Part shown: piece after piece, positions 1 to 8,347 of the stretch
Numbering within the stretch: position 1 is the stretch's first letter
Layout: each line of letters starts with the position of its first letter
Assembly (NCBI GenBank): GCA_963754945.1
Contig: CAVWIG010000049.1
Coordinates: forward strand, 1 to 28,038
Origin: Methanotrichaceae archaeon
GTDB lineage: Archaea > Halobacteriota > Methanosarcinia > Methanotrichales > Methanotrichaceae
Length of the DNA: 28,038 nucleotides
Direction: 5' to 3'
Program-made: the position numbers and the translations under genes
The notes under the pieces: model-generated
Told to the model about the DNA's origin: nothing
The model's database searches: none
What the model saw: only the letters and a program-made list of their open reading frames with translations

Positions 1-47
1 ATAAAGGATTACGCCTGTTTTTGAGGGCAAAGTCCTTCCAGAACCAT

Positions 48-320
48 CTAATCGATTTTAACTTTTACGTCGCCTTGGAAGGGTACCTTGTACGGAACGT
101 TAAGCTGAGATGCCGTTTGCATATTTTGCAATGGCCTTATCCTGTTGAACCGGACACATCCGAGCATAGGAGCCATGTACTTTGTGCTTTCTTTTTCGCT
201 ACCAAGTAAAATCCTTCATCGAAGAAGCGCAGATCGATGTCCTTCTTATCCACGCCCGGAAGCTCGATCTGGATGTTCGATGTTTCAAGATTGTCGTCAT
301 CTCTTAGCCAAACCGCATCA
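48..320 (-). pseudogene. Hsp20/alpha-crystallin small heat-shock protein, frameshifted remnant
   Basis: Minus-strand translation across three frames gives DDNLETSNIQIELPGVDKKDIDLRFFDEGFYLVAKK / TKYM / CPVQQDKAIAKYANGI / LNVPYKVPFQGDVKVKID* (stop at 48-50). ELPGVxKxDI and AKYxNG are Hsp20 hallmarks. At least 3 frameshifts. Confidence 0.75.
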
Positions 321-534
321 CCCTCTCCTGAAATGTCGTTAATAAGCCCTCTAACGATTTATATATCTCCTAAAATTAAAAGTACTTTGATAAGTTATTA
401 ATGAAATCGATCTCAAAGGACCTGCGGAGATGGTAGAGGGCCTTCAAGTTGTCATCCTCTTTTCCAATTCCAAATATACTGCTTCTAACATTTTTCAGAA
501 AAGTATTTTAGCATTAAATGTAATAGTTATACCT

Positions 535-789
535 ATGACTCAAGAGGATTATAAGGAATTTATCTGTAGTCGTATCGGTACTGAGTGCGGCTTCCAGGTA
601 CGTGCAAAGACTGAGGCTGAGATCATGGAGTATGTGAAAATGCATGCCGACAAGGCTCACGGTTTTAAGGAAATATGGCCAGAGACGGAAAAGAAGATTA
701 AAGAAAATATCAAAACAGTATCGGTGGATGTGCCCAAGAAGACAGAAGAGAACATCCACACAACCAGGCAGGACTTTAAATTTAAATAA
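535..789 (+). CDS. DUF1059-family small metal-binding protein
   Basis: MTQEDYKEFICSRIGTECGFQVRAKTEAEIMEYVKMHADKAHG has the C-x6-C...H-x4-HG pattern of DUF1059. ATG 535 is preferred over 430 because the extension is AT-rich, promoter-like sequence. Confidence 0.75.
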   Translation: MTQEDYKEFICSRIGTECGFQVRAKTEAEIMEYVKMHADKAHGFKEIWPETEKKIKENIKTVSVDVPKKTEENIHTTRQDFKFK

Positions 790-837
790 GGAACCTTGCA
801 CGGATCAGTACATGTAGGCATTTGAATATACGGTCGC

Positions 838-873
838 CTGCTTGCAGCGGGGTCCGCCGCCGCAACGTTTGAT
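838..873. repeat. Isolated end fragment of an IS200/IS605-type palindromic element
   Basis: CTGCTTGCAGCGGGGTCCGCCGCCGCAACGTT is the reverse complement, with 1 mismatch, of about 14204-14235. Confidence 0.75.
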
Positions 874-1053
874 ATCGCAGCCTTATACTATTCACATGTT
901 AGGCTCGTGATATTTCATCTATTGCGTGGCGATTGTTTTGACCCTGCAGCAGGCAAGATCCCAACCGAAATTTAAGAGTTGGCAAGAGCTGGGATAGAAA
1001 GCGTCCGGGCATTTTCTGGGACGGTGCAAACCAAAAATCAGGAAGAATAGGCA

Positions 1054-2265
1054 ATGCGAATAGGAATGTTCAGCTGGGAGAGCCTTTATTCCACCAAAGT
1101 GGGTGGCATAGCGCCCCATGTATCAGAGCTCTCCGAAGCCCTGGCTAAAAGAGGCCATGAGATTCATGTATTCACCAGGCGTGGCGATTTTGATGCCTAT
1201 GACAGGATCAACGGAGTTCATTATCAGAGGGTGGACTTCGATAAAACAGGAAGCTTCGTAGATCAGATGGACAGGATGAGCGCTGCCATGTATGAGCGCT
1301 TTCTCAAGGCCCAGAAGATCTTCGGCAAATTCGATATCGTCCACGGCCACGACTGGCATCCCGTTCCTGCCCTGAACCTGATCAAGAAGGATCAAGGCAT
1401 ACCATATGTTCTGACAGTACACAGCACGGAGTGGGGCCGAAATGGAAACAACCCCGGAAACACCGAGATCTCTCACCGGGAGTGGCTGGGCGGCTATGAG
1501 TCTTCAAGGCTGATAGTAACTACCAGGTGTATGCAGGATGAGTTGAAATCAGTTTATTCCATTCCGGAGAGCAAGATCAGTATCATACCCAACGGCGTAG
1601 TAAGCGGAAAGGTCCGCAAGGCCTTAGATCCCGCCCGGGTGAAAGAGCGGTATGGCATACATCCCCTGGCTCCTGTAGTCCTATTTTGCGGGCGTATATC
1701 CTATCAGAAAGGCCCTGACCTCCTGGTCGAGGCCGTGCCTCTGATCCTCAGAGAGCGCCAGGATGTCCGGTTCATTTTTGTGGGAGAAGGAGATATGAGC
1801 ACCTACTGCAAGGACAGTGCCAGGGATCTTGCCGTAGCAGATGCCTGCAGATTTCTCGGCTACGTCTCCAGTGCAGAGAAGCAGGAGCTGATGAATGCCT
1901 GCGATCTGGTGTGCGTACCCAGCCGAAACGAGCCGTTCGGTGTGGTCGTTTTAGAGGCCTGGGATGCTGGCAAGCCCGTGGTGGCCACAGAAGCGGTAAG
2001 CATCATAAGAAACTTCCAGGACGGCCTTCTGGCCTACACCCAGCCGGAATCCATCGCATGGTGCATAAACCGGCTGCTCAAGAGCCCTGAGGAGATGAAG
2101 AAGCTGGCTGAGGCTGGACAGAGCAGAATCGAAAAAGAGTTCAGCTGGGACAGAATCGCTGAAAAGACCGAGGAAGTTTATGCCGAGGTTCTGGGGCTGA
2201 ATCGAGATGCAAAGGAGCAGGTAGTGAACTCCAAATCTCGGCGGAGAAAGACTTATAAAATTTAA
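1054..2265 (+). CDS. Glycosyltransferase family 4 (GT-B fold, glycogen synthase-like)
   Basis: N-terminal SWE...KVGG, HGHDW, GRISYQKG, and the PSRNEPFGVVVLEAW EX7E motif. Confidence 0.92.
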   Translation: MRIGMFSWESLYSTKVGGIAPHVSELSEALAKRGHEIHVFTRRGDFDAYDRINGVHYQRVDFDKTGSFVDQMDRMSAAMYERFLKAQKIFGKFDIVHGHDWHPVPALNLIKKDQGIPYVLTVHSTEWGRNGNNPGNTEISHREWLGGYESSRLIVTTRCMQDELKSVYSIPESKISIIPNGVVSGKVRKALDPARVKERYGIHPLAPVVLFCGRISYQKGPDLLVEAVPLILRERQDVRFIFVGEGDMSTYCKDSARDLAVADACRFLGYVSSAEKQELMNACDLVCVPSRNEPFGVVVLEAWDAGKPVVATEAVSIIRNFQDGLLAYTQPESIAWCINRLLKSPEEMKKLAEAGQSRIEKEFSWDRIAEKTEEVYAEVLGLNRDAKEQVVNSKSRRRKTYKI

Positions 2266-2538
2266 TATAAATAATTAAAGGAACCAAAAGAGGTATCTCA
2301 TTCCAACCACCTGTCCGTACTGCGGGTACTGGATGCAGTTTATACTTGGTCGTCAGCGATAACTGGTTACTTGGGTAAGTTTATAGGAGTCCTCTGCAGT
2401 ATGCCTGAACAGCTGTCCTAACTTTTTTGCGTCCATGCCCTGCTTTAGGCGTTTAAGCCCGTATCTAAGCAAGGGAACTCATAACGACATTTGTATTGGG
2501 ACGTATACTTATTTTGAGTTGTCGAGCGCATGAACCAC

Positions 2539-2745
2539 TTAAACGATCAATCCATCCACCTTGTAACCTTCAACATCTTGGCGTTTAGCTGGTGGTAGCT
2601 TTTTCAATGGATATCCTACAGCACATCCGTTTATTTCAACTTCTCTGAAAGGAATGCCCAGAAGATTGCAGAATTCTTTATCCATTGCCATATCAGCTGT
2701 CGCCGATACCAGGTGAAATCCTAGATCAAGCGCTGTGGCGATACG
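2539..2745 (-). pseudogene. Nitroreductase-family C-terminal remnant
   Basis: Minus strand reads IATALDLGFHLVSATADMAMDKEFCNLLGIPFREVEINGCAVGYPLKKLPPAKRQDVE, then TRWMD* after a frameshift. ATALxLG, LLGIP and AVGYP...KR are nitroreductase C-terminal motifs. The 5' part is missing where the MFS gene begins. Confidence 0.7.
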
Positions 2746-2805
2746 TTGATGAAGAGGATAAAGGCATCATTGGATCGCTTTAGACATCGAGAGCGAGATT
2801 CACGT

Positions 2806-4272
2806 ATGAACAAGGATAGCGAAAATTGGCAAGGATACGAATGGACTGCACTCTCAGTCACTACAATAGGCACCTTCCTCGCTTCTGTCCAGGGTTCTGC
2901 GTTGCTCATTGCACTACCTGAGATCTTGACCCATTTGCAGACCGACTTCATAACTATAATGTGGGTGATCCTGAGCTTCATGCTCATCACCACGGCCCTT
3001 GTACCTGTGGTTGGACGACTAGCTGACATGTTCGGGCGCAAGAACCTATACAATGCAGGCTTTGCCATCTTCACGCTGGGCTCTCTTCTATGCGCTTTGT
3101 CTCAGCCCCAGTTCCATGGCTGGGATCTTGTGCTCTATCGCATTGTCCAGGGTGTAGGCGGCGCCATGCTCTTCGCAAATGGTGCGGCCATAGTAACGGA
3201 TGCCTTCCGCAAAGGCAGGATTGGACTGGGCCTAGGCGTGAACCAGATCGCGTTAGCTGCAGGATTCCTGCTAGGGCCGGTTATAGGCGGGATCTTGACC
3301 GCCATCTCCTGGCAATGGGTGTTCCTGATCAATGTACCTTTGGGTGCTATAGGCACCGTCTGGGGCTTTTTAAAGCTGCGAGAACCCGTCAGTCTGGCCG
3401 TAAACCAACGCTTTGACTGGATGGGCAGCTTCACATTTACAATTGGCCTGGGATCGTTATTGCTATCAGTCTCCCTGATCGCCTTCCCGCTGATAAGCAT
3501 CAAATACGTCTATGCTTTGTTTATTTGCGCTATTCTTGCCCTAACTGTATTCTTTGTTGTGGAGAGACGCGTTGATCAACCCATGCTGGACTTCAAGCTC
3601 TTCAAGGACAAGCTCTTTGCCCACGCCTCTGCTGCTAATGCCCTAAATGGGCTTGCCCGGGGAGCTGTGCTATTTGTTCTGATCTTCTTCCTCCAGGGGC
3701 CTTACGGTCAGGACCCTCTATGGGCAGGAATAATGATGGCCCCCTTCGGTGCGGCTTTCATGCTTGTCGGCCCAATTTCAGGTTACCTCTCAGACAGATA
3801 TGGCTCAAGGGGGCTGGCTACTGCCGGTCTGTTGGTATCGGCTATTGGATTGGCTGGTTTAAGTACAGTTGTTAGCACTACATCCTATTGGATTCTAGCT
3901 GTGTTTATGGCCCTGATGGGTGGAGGTTCAGGACTTTTTGCCTCCCCTAACATGAACGCTATTATGTCAGCGGTCCAACCAGGCCAGAGGGGTATAGCAG
4001 CAGGTACCAACACTATGCTCATGAACACTGGGCAGATGCTCAGCATAGCCATAGCTTTCCCTTTGGTGCTCAGCCGCATACCTTTGGATGTTATGTTTCG
4101 TGTCTTCCTATATGGCGGAGGCATGAGTGGCACGCCTCAGGCCCTACTAGATTTTGAGATGGGGACGCATGAGGCGTTCTTGGTATCCTTTGCTGTAACT
4201 TTGGTCGCGGCCGTAGTATCCTTCCTGAGACCTTCATTTGATCAAAAATCACCAATCGATAAGCACGACTAG
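2806..4272 (+). CDS. MFS transporter, DHA2/14-TMS drug:H+ antiporter-like (copy 1)
   Basis: Motif A GRLADMFGRK, motif C GFLLGPVIGG, second motif A GYLSDRYGSR and about 14 hydrophobic segments. Start placed at ATG 2806 by alignment with the paralogues. Confidence 0.92.
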   Translation: MNKDSENWQGYEWTALSVTTIGTFLASVQGSALLIALPEILTHLQTDFITIMWVILSFMLITTALVPVVGRLADMFGRKNLYNAGFAIFTLGSLLCALSQPQFHGWDLVLYRIVQGVGGAMLFANGAAIVTDAFRKGRIGLGLGVNQIALAAGFLLGPVIGGILTAISWQWVFLINVPLGAIGTVWGFLKLREPVSLAVNQRFDWMGSFTFTIGLGSLLLSVSLIAFPLISIKYVYALFICAILALTVFFVVERRVDQPMLDFKLFKDKLFAHASAANALNGLARGAVLFVLIFFLQGPYGQDPLWAGIMMAPFGAAFMLVGPISGYLSDRYGSRGLATAGLLVSAIGLAGLSTVVSTTSYWILAVFMALMGGGSGLFASPNMNAIMSAVQPGQRGIAAGTNTMLMNTGQMLSIAIAFPLVLSRIPLDVMFRVFLYGGGMSGTPQALLDFEMGTHEAFLVSFAVTLVAAVVSFLRPSFDQKSPIDKHD

Positions 4273-4431
4273 GCAGGTCCAGAAGATCCAGAAGGAGAGG
4301 CAATATTCGGACTAGATAGAGAATTGATCTATTTTAGCCTGTGATTTCGCATGTAAATCGAAATCGTGATGTCGATACCTTTCGATTTTCATCCGTCACG
4401 TGTGAGCCCCGTCCTGAAGCTCATGGGCGTT

Positions 4432-4878
4432 TCAGCGAACTATTAGGACAGGCAGCTTTGAGTTGTGAACTACTTTTTCCGCTACGCTGCCCATGAGGAA
4501 CTTTTCCAGTCCAGTCTTTCCGATGCTGCCCATTACTATCGTATCTATCTTCTCGTCTTCTGCAATCCTCAATATCTCGCTGGGAGGATTTCCCTCGACA
4601 ATCTGCCTTTCACTTATAACGCCGGAAGCTCTTGCTAGTTCGCTCACTTGAAGCGTAACCGTTTCTCCAGTTTCCCTGATGCTTGCCACTACGCTATCGA
4701 TTGCTTCTGGGCTGACTCCTCCAAAGGGAGGGATAAAAGATGCTGAATACTTGCCGATATCTGCAACATAGACAATAATGACTTTTCCTCCTGAGAGCTT
4801 GGCGAGTTCAATGCCGACCTTTGCCGCTTTTTCGCTAAATTTCGACCCATCAGTTGCGATAAGAATACGCTCAAACAT
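4432..4878 (-). CDS. Universal stress protein (UspA family)
   Basis: ILIATDGS, IVMGSIG, MGSVAEKVV and LPVLIVR motifs. Confidence 0.95.
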   Translation of the reverse strand: MFERILIATDGSKFSEKAAKVGIELAKLSGGKVIIVYVADIGKYSASFIPPFGGVSPEAIDSVVASIRETGETVTLQVSELARASGVISERQIVEGNPPSEILRIAEDEKIDTIVMGSIGKTGLEKFLMGSVAEKVVHNSKLPVLIVR

Positions 4879-4980
4879 GAGTTCATCATTGGTGTTTGAA
4901 CATGATAATTATTTTGGTGATAAACACGGATGGATATGGATACAAGTTATTCGTAAATGAAGCCGAACACTAACCAAGCC

Positions 4981-4995
4981 TTGAAATAATTTCAA
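4981..4995. promoter_or_regulatory. Perfect inverted repeat TTGAAAT-A-ATTTCAA, candidate operator
   Basis: 7-1-7 palindrome in the divergent usp/flavoprotein intergenic region, ending 44 nt before the flavoprotein ATG. Confidence 0.45.
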
Positions 4996-5038
4996 TTTCA
5001 ATACAAAAGGCTGAGCTAAGAACTATAGAGGTTTTGAT

Positions 5039-5701
5039 ATGAAGATTCTAGGAATAAATGGAAGCCCCAGGGGCTCTAAGAGCCAGACCCTAACACTTGT
5101 CAAGGCAGTATTGGAGGGTGCAAAAGCTTCCGGCGCAGATGTCGAGCTAGTGGATGCTTGCAATCTGAGGATAAATTATTGCAATGCTTGCGACGTATGT
5201 TACGCCAAAGGCAGGTGTATTCACGAAGATGATTTCGAGGGTCTCTATCGCAAGATGCTAGATAGTGAAGGACTGATCCTGGCATCTCCTGTGTATTTCA
5301 GATCCATCACCGCTCAGCTAAAGACATTGATAGACCGAATGGCGGATGCTATTCACTGTCAGCTTCTAACAGGGAAGTATGGGTGTGCAGTTGCGACCGC
5401 AGGAAGCCCTAATTATGCAGAGGTAACGGATTACCTTAGCCGGATAATTATAGGATTTGGTGCATCCGCAGTAGGTAGTGTTGGTGCTACTCCATCAATT
5501 CCTGGCGATATAGAAGCTAAGAAGAAGGAGGCTTTCAAGCTCGGGCAAACACTAGCCGAAGCAATAAAGACAAAGCGTACCTATCCTGAACAAGATGTGA
5601 TACATAATGAAACGCGCAAACGCTTTAAATTGCTAGTGGAGATGAATAAAGATATTTGGACTCATGAATATGAGCATTGGAAGAAGATGGGTTGGCTTTG
5701 A
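5039..5701 (+). CDS. Iron-sulfur flavoprotein / NADPH-dependent FMN reductase family
   Basis: INGSPR FMN-binding loop, CNACDVCYAKGRC (Cx2Cx2Cx5C) cluster motif, ASPVY and LKTLIDR. Confidence 0.9.
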   Translation: MKILGINGSPRGSKSQTLTLVKAVLEGAKASGADVELVDACNLRINYCNACDVCYAKGRCIHEDDFEGLYRKMLDSEGLILASPVYFRSITAQLKTLIDRMADAIHCQLLTGKYGCAVATAGSPNYAEVTDYLSRIIIGFGASAVGSVGATPSIPGDIEAKKKEAFKLGQTLAEAIKTKRTYPEQDVIHNETRKRFKLLVEMNKDIWTHEYEHWKKMGWL

Positions 5702-5773
5702 GGGGTTGCTTCTATGAATCCAGGGATGATTCTTTTGGTGAATTCATGATGATTCACGTATCAGGATTAAAGC

Positions 5774-5821
5774 ATGAGCGATGATTCTGCGAATTGGCAG
5801 GGCTACGAGTGGACGACGCTC
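5774..5821 (+). pseudogene. 5' fragment (16 codons) of a fourth MFS paralogue
   Basis: MSDDSANWQGYEWTTL matches MNKDSENWQGYEWTAL (copy 1) and MNDDPENLEGYEWTAL (copy 2). Similarity stops abruptly after this point. Confidence 0.85.
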
Positions 5822-5984
5822 CATCACCAGGTTCGACTTATAGTCAAGAACCTAAAGATTCATACTTATAGACCATCCAGATGAGTCGTCGCATGCCGTT
5901 ATTAGTATCGATCTTAAGGTGCTACACTATAATTTCCTCGCCGTTCTCACTTTGATCTGCCCTAATTTTGTTGGAATGGTCTTG

Positions 5985-6003
5985 CTATCGATTTTTTCGA
6001 TAG
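5985..6003. terminator. Hairpin CTATCGA-TTTTT-TCGATAG just downstream of the tetR stop
   Basis: Perfect 7-bp stem 6 nt past the TetR stop codon. Function is inferred. Confidence 0.3.
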
Positions 6004-6009
6004 AGGGAT

Positions 6010-6633
6010 TCACTGGATTTTTACTTTGATTCCATTTAGTAACGTCGAAATCATTACTGTAATAACCGATTCGTTGTCCAATGTATTTGTGAGTAAGTGG
6101 TACCAGTTGAAGCCAAAAAAGAGATCAATAAGAACCTCATAATTGGCTCTCTCAATTTCTTCCCGTGCCATTGCACGATCAAGCAATTGCTGCAAGAACA
6201 TCCGTTGTCTTGGCATAAATGCAGCCTGCAATTGGTTAAGCGATTGAACATTGGACTGCGCACTGGCGATCAAATGCCGAAATGCTTTACCTCTTGCAGT
6301 TTCCCGCCACAAATGCCAGATTCGTAGCGAAAGTTCATTTAATTCTTCCTCCAGGGAACCCATATCTGGGATGCATATCTTGCTGGCAACGTCTGAATCA
6401 TATAGGTCTATGAATAATGAGGCCTTGTCTGGGTACCACCGGTATATGGTTTGCTTTCCAACACCCGCACGTTTAGCGATTGCCTCAATGCTGATAGTAC
6501 TAAGTGGCTGTTCGGTTAACAAATCTGCGAGGGCCGTTAACACTGCTTGGCGAGCTCGTTGGCATCTGCGGCGCTCGTCTGGCTGTGAGCGATGATCGTG
6601 AGGATTGCTTTTCTTCGTTGTGGAGTGTGCCAT
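6010..6633 (-). CDS. TetR/AcrR family transcriptional regulator
   Basis: HTH SIEAIAKRAGVGKQTIYRWYPDK. The C-terminal domain resembles the TetR_C_11 type. Start placed at ATG 6633 (MAHSTTKK). Confidence 0.92.
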   Translation of the reverse strand: MAHSTTKKSNPHDHRSQPDERRRCQRARQAVLTALADLLTEQPLSTISIEAIAKRAGVGKQTIYRWYPDKASLFIDLYDSDVASKICIPDMGSLEEELNELSLRIWHLWRETARGKAFRHLIASAQSNVQSLNQLQAAFMPRQRMFLQQLLDRAMAREEIERANYEVLIDLFFGFNWYHLLTNTLDNESVITVMISTLLNGIKVKIQ

Positions 6634-6677
6634 AGATCTAATTAAACAATGCTTAATGTATTTAATTCTAGGCAAAG

Positions 6678-6695
6678 AGACGAGACGTACCGTCT
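6678..6695. promoter_or_regulatory. Candidate TetR operator AGACG-N8-CGTCT
   Basis: Inverted repeat AGACGagacgtacCGTCT about 45 nt upstream of tetR, in the divergent region before the radical SAM operon. Confidence 0.5.
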
Positions 6696-6913
6696 AATTT
6701 TTATAGCATCAATTCACATGCAGAATAATTAGATACAAGACATTCGGATAGCTGAATAGGATACTCCACAACTTCGATCTAGAACAGGTGCTAGCTGTTG
6801 CATTCACAACGCGATGCCGAGGCCGGGTCAACCCGTTTGTTCCTGCAACACCGACAGGAAATCAATAGAGAGAGTTCGCGCAACCATCGAGACTCGCAGA
6901 AGGAGGTTAATGC

Positions 6914-8347
6914 TTGGAGGACGAAATTGCCGCTTCATTTAGCACAGTAAAAAAATGGATAGGCAACCCGGTCTCAATAGGCTTGCTCAAATTTATCGCA
7001 AGAGAGGATAAATGCGGGAACAGGCTATCGCTGGCCATCGACTATTACCTCGGCGAGCCGGTCGAAGCGTGCTGGAAGTGCAGGCTGGCCGGTCGGCTCG
7101 TGTGCCGCATTCTCAGCACAGGTGAGAATTTTTTCGGTGTTCGGGACAACGACGTCAGAAACGCGTTTAAACAGCCGCCATTTAAGATGGGCTTAGTGAA
7201 CATCCTGCGAAGCATATCTATCTACGGTGTCACTAGGCCTCAAAAGATCTATGCGCCCATCCTCGTCGTCTGGGACTGCACGCACGCCTGCAACCTGATG
7301 TGCAAGCACTGCTACCAGGACGCGCAAAAGAAGCTCCCTGATGAGCTGTCCACAGAGGAATCAAAACGGATGATCGACGGGCTGGCCAGTGCTGGAGTGA
7401 TCGTTCTGGCATTTTCGGGCGGTGAGCCGCTCATGAGAAAGGATTTTTTTGAAATAGCTGAGTACGCACATGAGAAAGGCCTGTACCTGTCCCTGGCCAC
7501 TAATGGAACCCTGATCACGAGGGAAATAGCCAAAAAACTAAAAGAATCTGGCTTAGAGTACGTTGAGATCTCCATCGACGGTAAAGACGCCCCCAACCAT
7601 GATGGATTCAGAGGGGTGCAGGGTATGTTCGAGAGATCTGTTGAAGGAATCAAAAATTGTGTGGCAGAGGAACTGTACACTTGCATCGCCACGACCCCTA
7701 CTAAACAAAACCTCCAGGATATCCCCCGGATATACGATCTGGCGTGCGAACTGAAGGCTGCCAGGATAGTCTTGTTCAACTTCATACCAACCGGCAGGGG
7801 TGCCGGGATGGCTGGGAGCGATCTATCGCCAGAAGAGAGAGAAGCGTTGTTGAAGCAGATGTTCAAAAAGAACTACGAAGGTGCGACCGAGGTGTTATCC
7901 ACCGCACCGCAATATGCTAGGGTGGCATTGGGGCTGGATGGATTGTCTGTCGGGCATTTTTTGACATACAAAAACGTCGATAACTGCATGCTGACGCTGC
8001 TCGAGTTCATCGGTGGGTGTGGCGCAGGAAGGCACTACTGCTGCATCAGACCCAATGGTGATATCGAACCGTGTGTGTTCATGCGGCTGAAAGTAGGGAA
8101 CGTCCGAGAAAGCGATCGGTTAGACATCTGGCATAATTCGCCGGTACTCGATCGGTTGAGGGATAGGAGCAAGCTTCAAGGCCACTGTGCAGTGTGCGAT
8201 CATAAATACGTGTGCGGTGGTTGTCGAGCAAGAGCCCTGGCGTACTTCGGAGACCTGAACGCCCCTGATCCAGGATGCATAAATAACATGAACAGCTGGA
8301 ACATGCTCTGCAAATCTCCTGTTTACTCAACGGAGCTTAAAGCTTGA
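6914..8347 (+). CDS. Radical SAM/SPASM protein, resembling the GMGT synthase (Gms) family
   Basis: CNLMCKHC (CxxxCxxC), FSGGEP, and SPASM cysteines GCGAG...EPC...CAVC...CGGCR...DPGC. A ~110-aa N-terminal extension (GNPxxxxLL...CWKC...YGVTRPQ) is recalled from archaeal Gms-like proteins. AGGAGG lies 7 nt before the TTG start. Radical SAM/SPASM is secure; Gms is an inference. Confidence 0.65.
   Translation: MEDEIAASFSTVKKWIGNPVSIGLLKFIAREDKCGNRLSLAIDYYLGEPVEACWKCRLAGRLVCRILSTGENFFGVRDNDVRNAFKQPPFKMGLVNILRSISIYGVTRPQKIYAPILVVWDCTHACNLMCKHCYQDAQKKLPDELSTEESKRMIDGLASAGVIVLAFSGGEPLMRKDFFEIAEYAHEKGLYLSLATNGTLITREIAKKLKESGLEYVEISIDGKDAPNHDGFRGVQGMFERSVEGIKNCVAEELYTCIATTPTKQNLQDIPRIYDLACELKAARIVLFNFIPTGRGAGMAGSDLSPEEREALLKQMFKKNYEGATEVLSTAPQYARVALGLDGLSVGHFLTYKNVDNCMLTLLEFIGGCGAGRHYCCIRPNGDIEPCVFMRLKVGNVRESDRLDIWHNSPVLDRLRDRSKLQGHCAVCDHKYVCGGCRARALAYFGDLNAPDPGCINNMNSWNMLCKSPVYSTELKA

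Noticed and set aside
6700-6913. Precursor peptide upstream of the first radical SAM/SPASM gene
   Set aside because: The only candidate ORF (MPRPGQPVCSC...) lacks an RBS and overlaps the radical SAM start out of frame. The tes context favours a lipid substrate.
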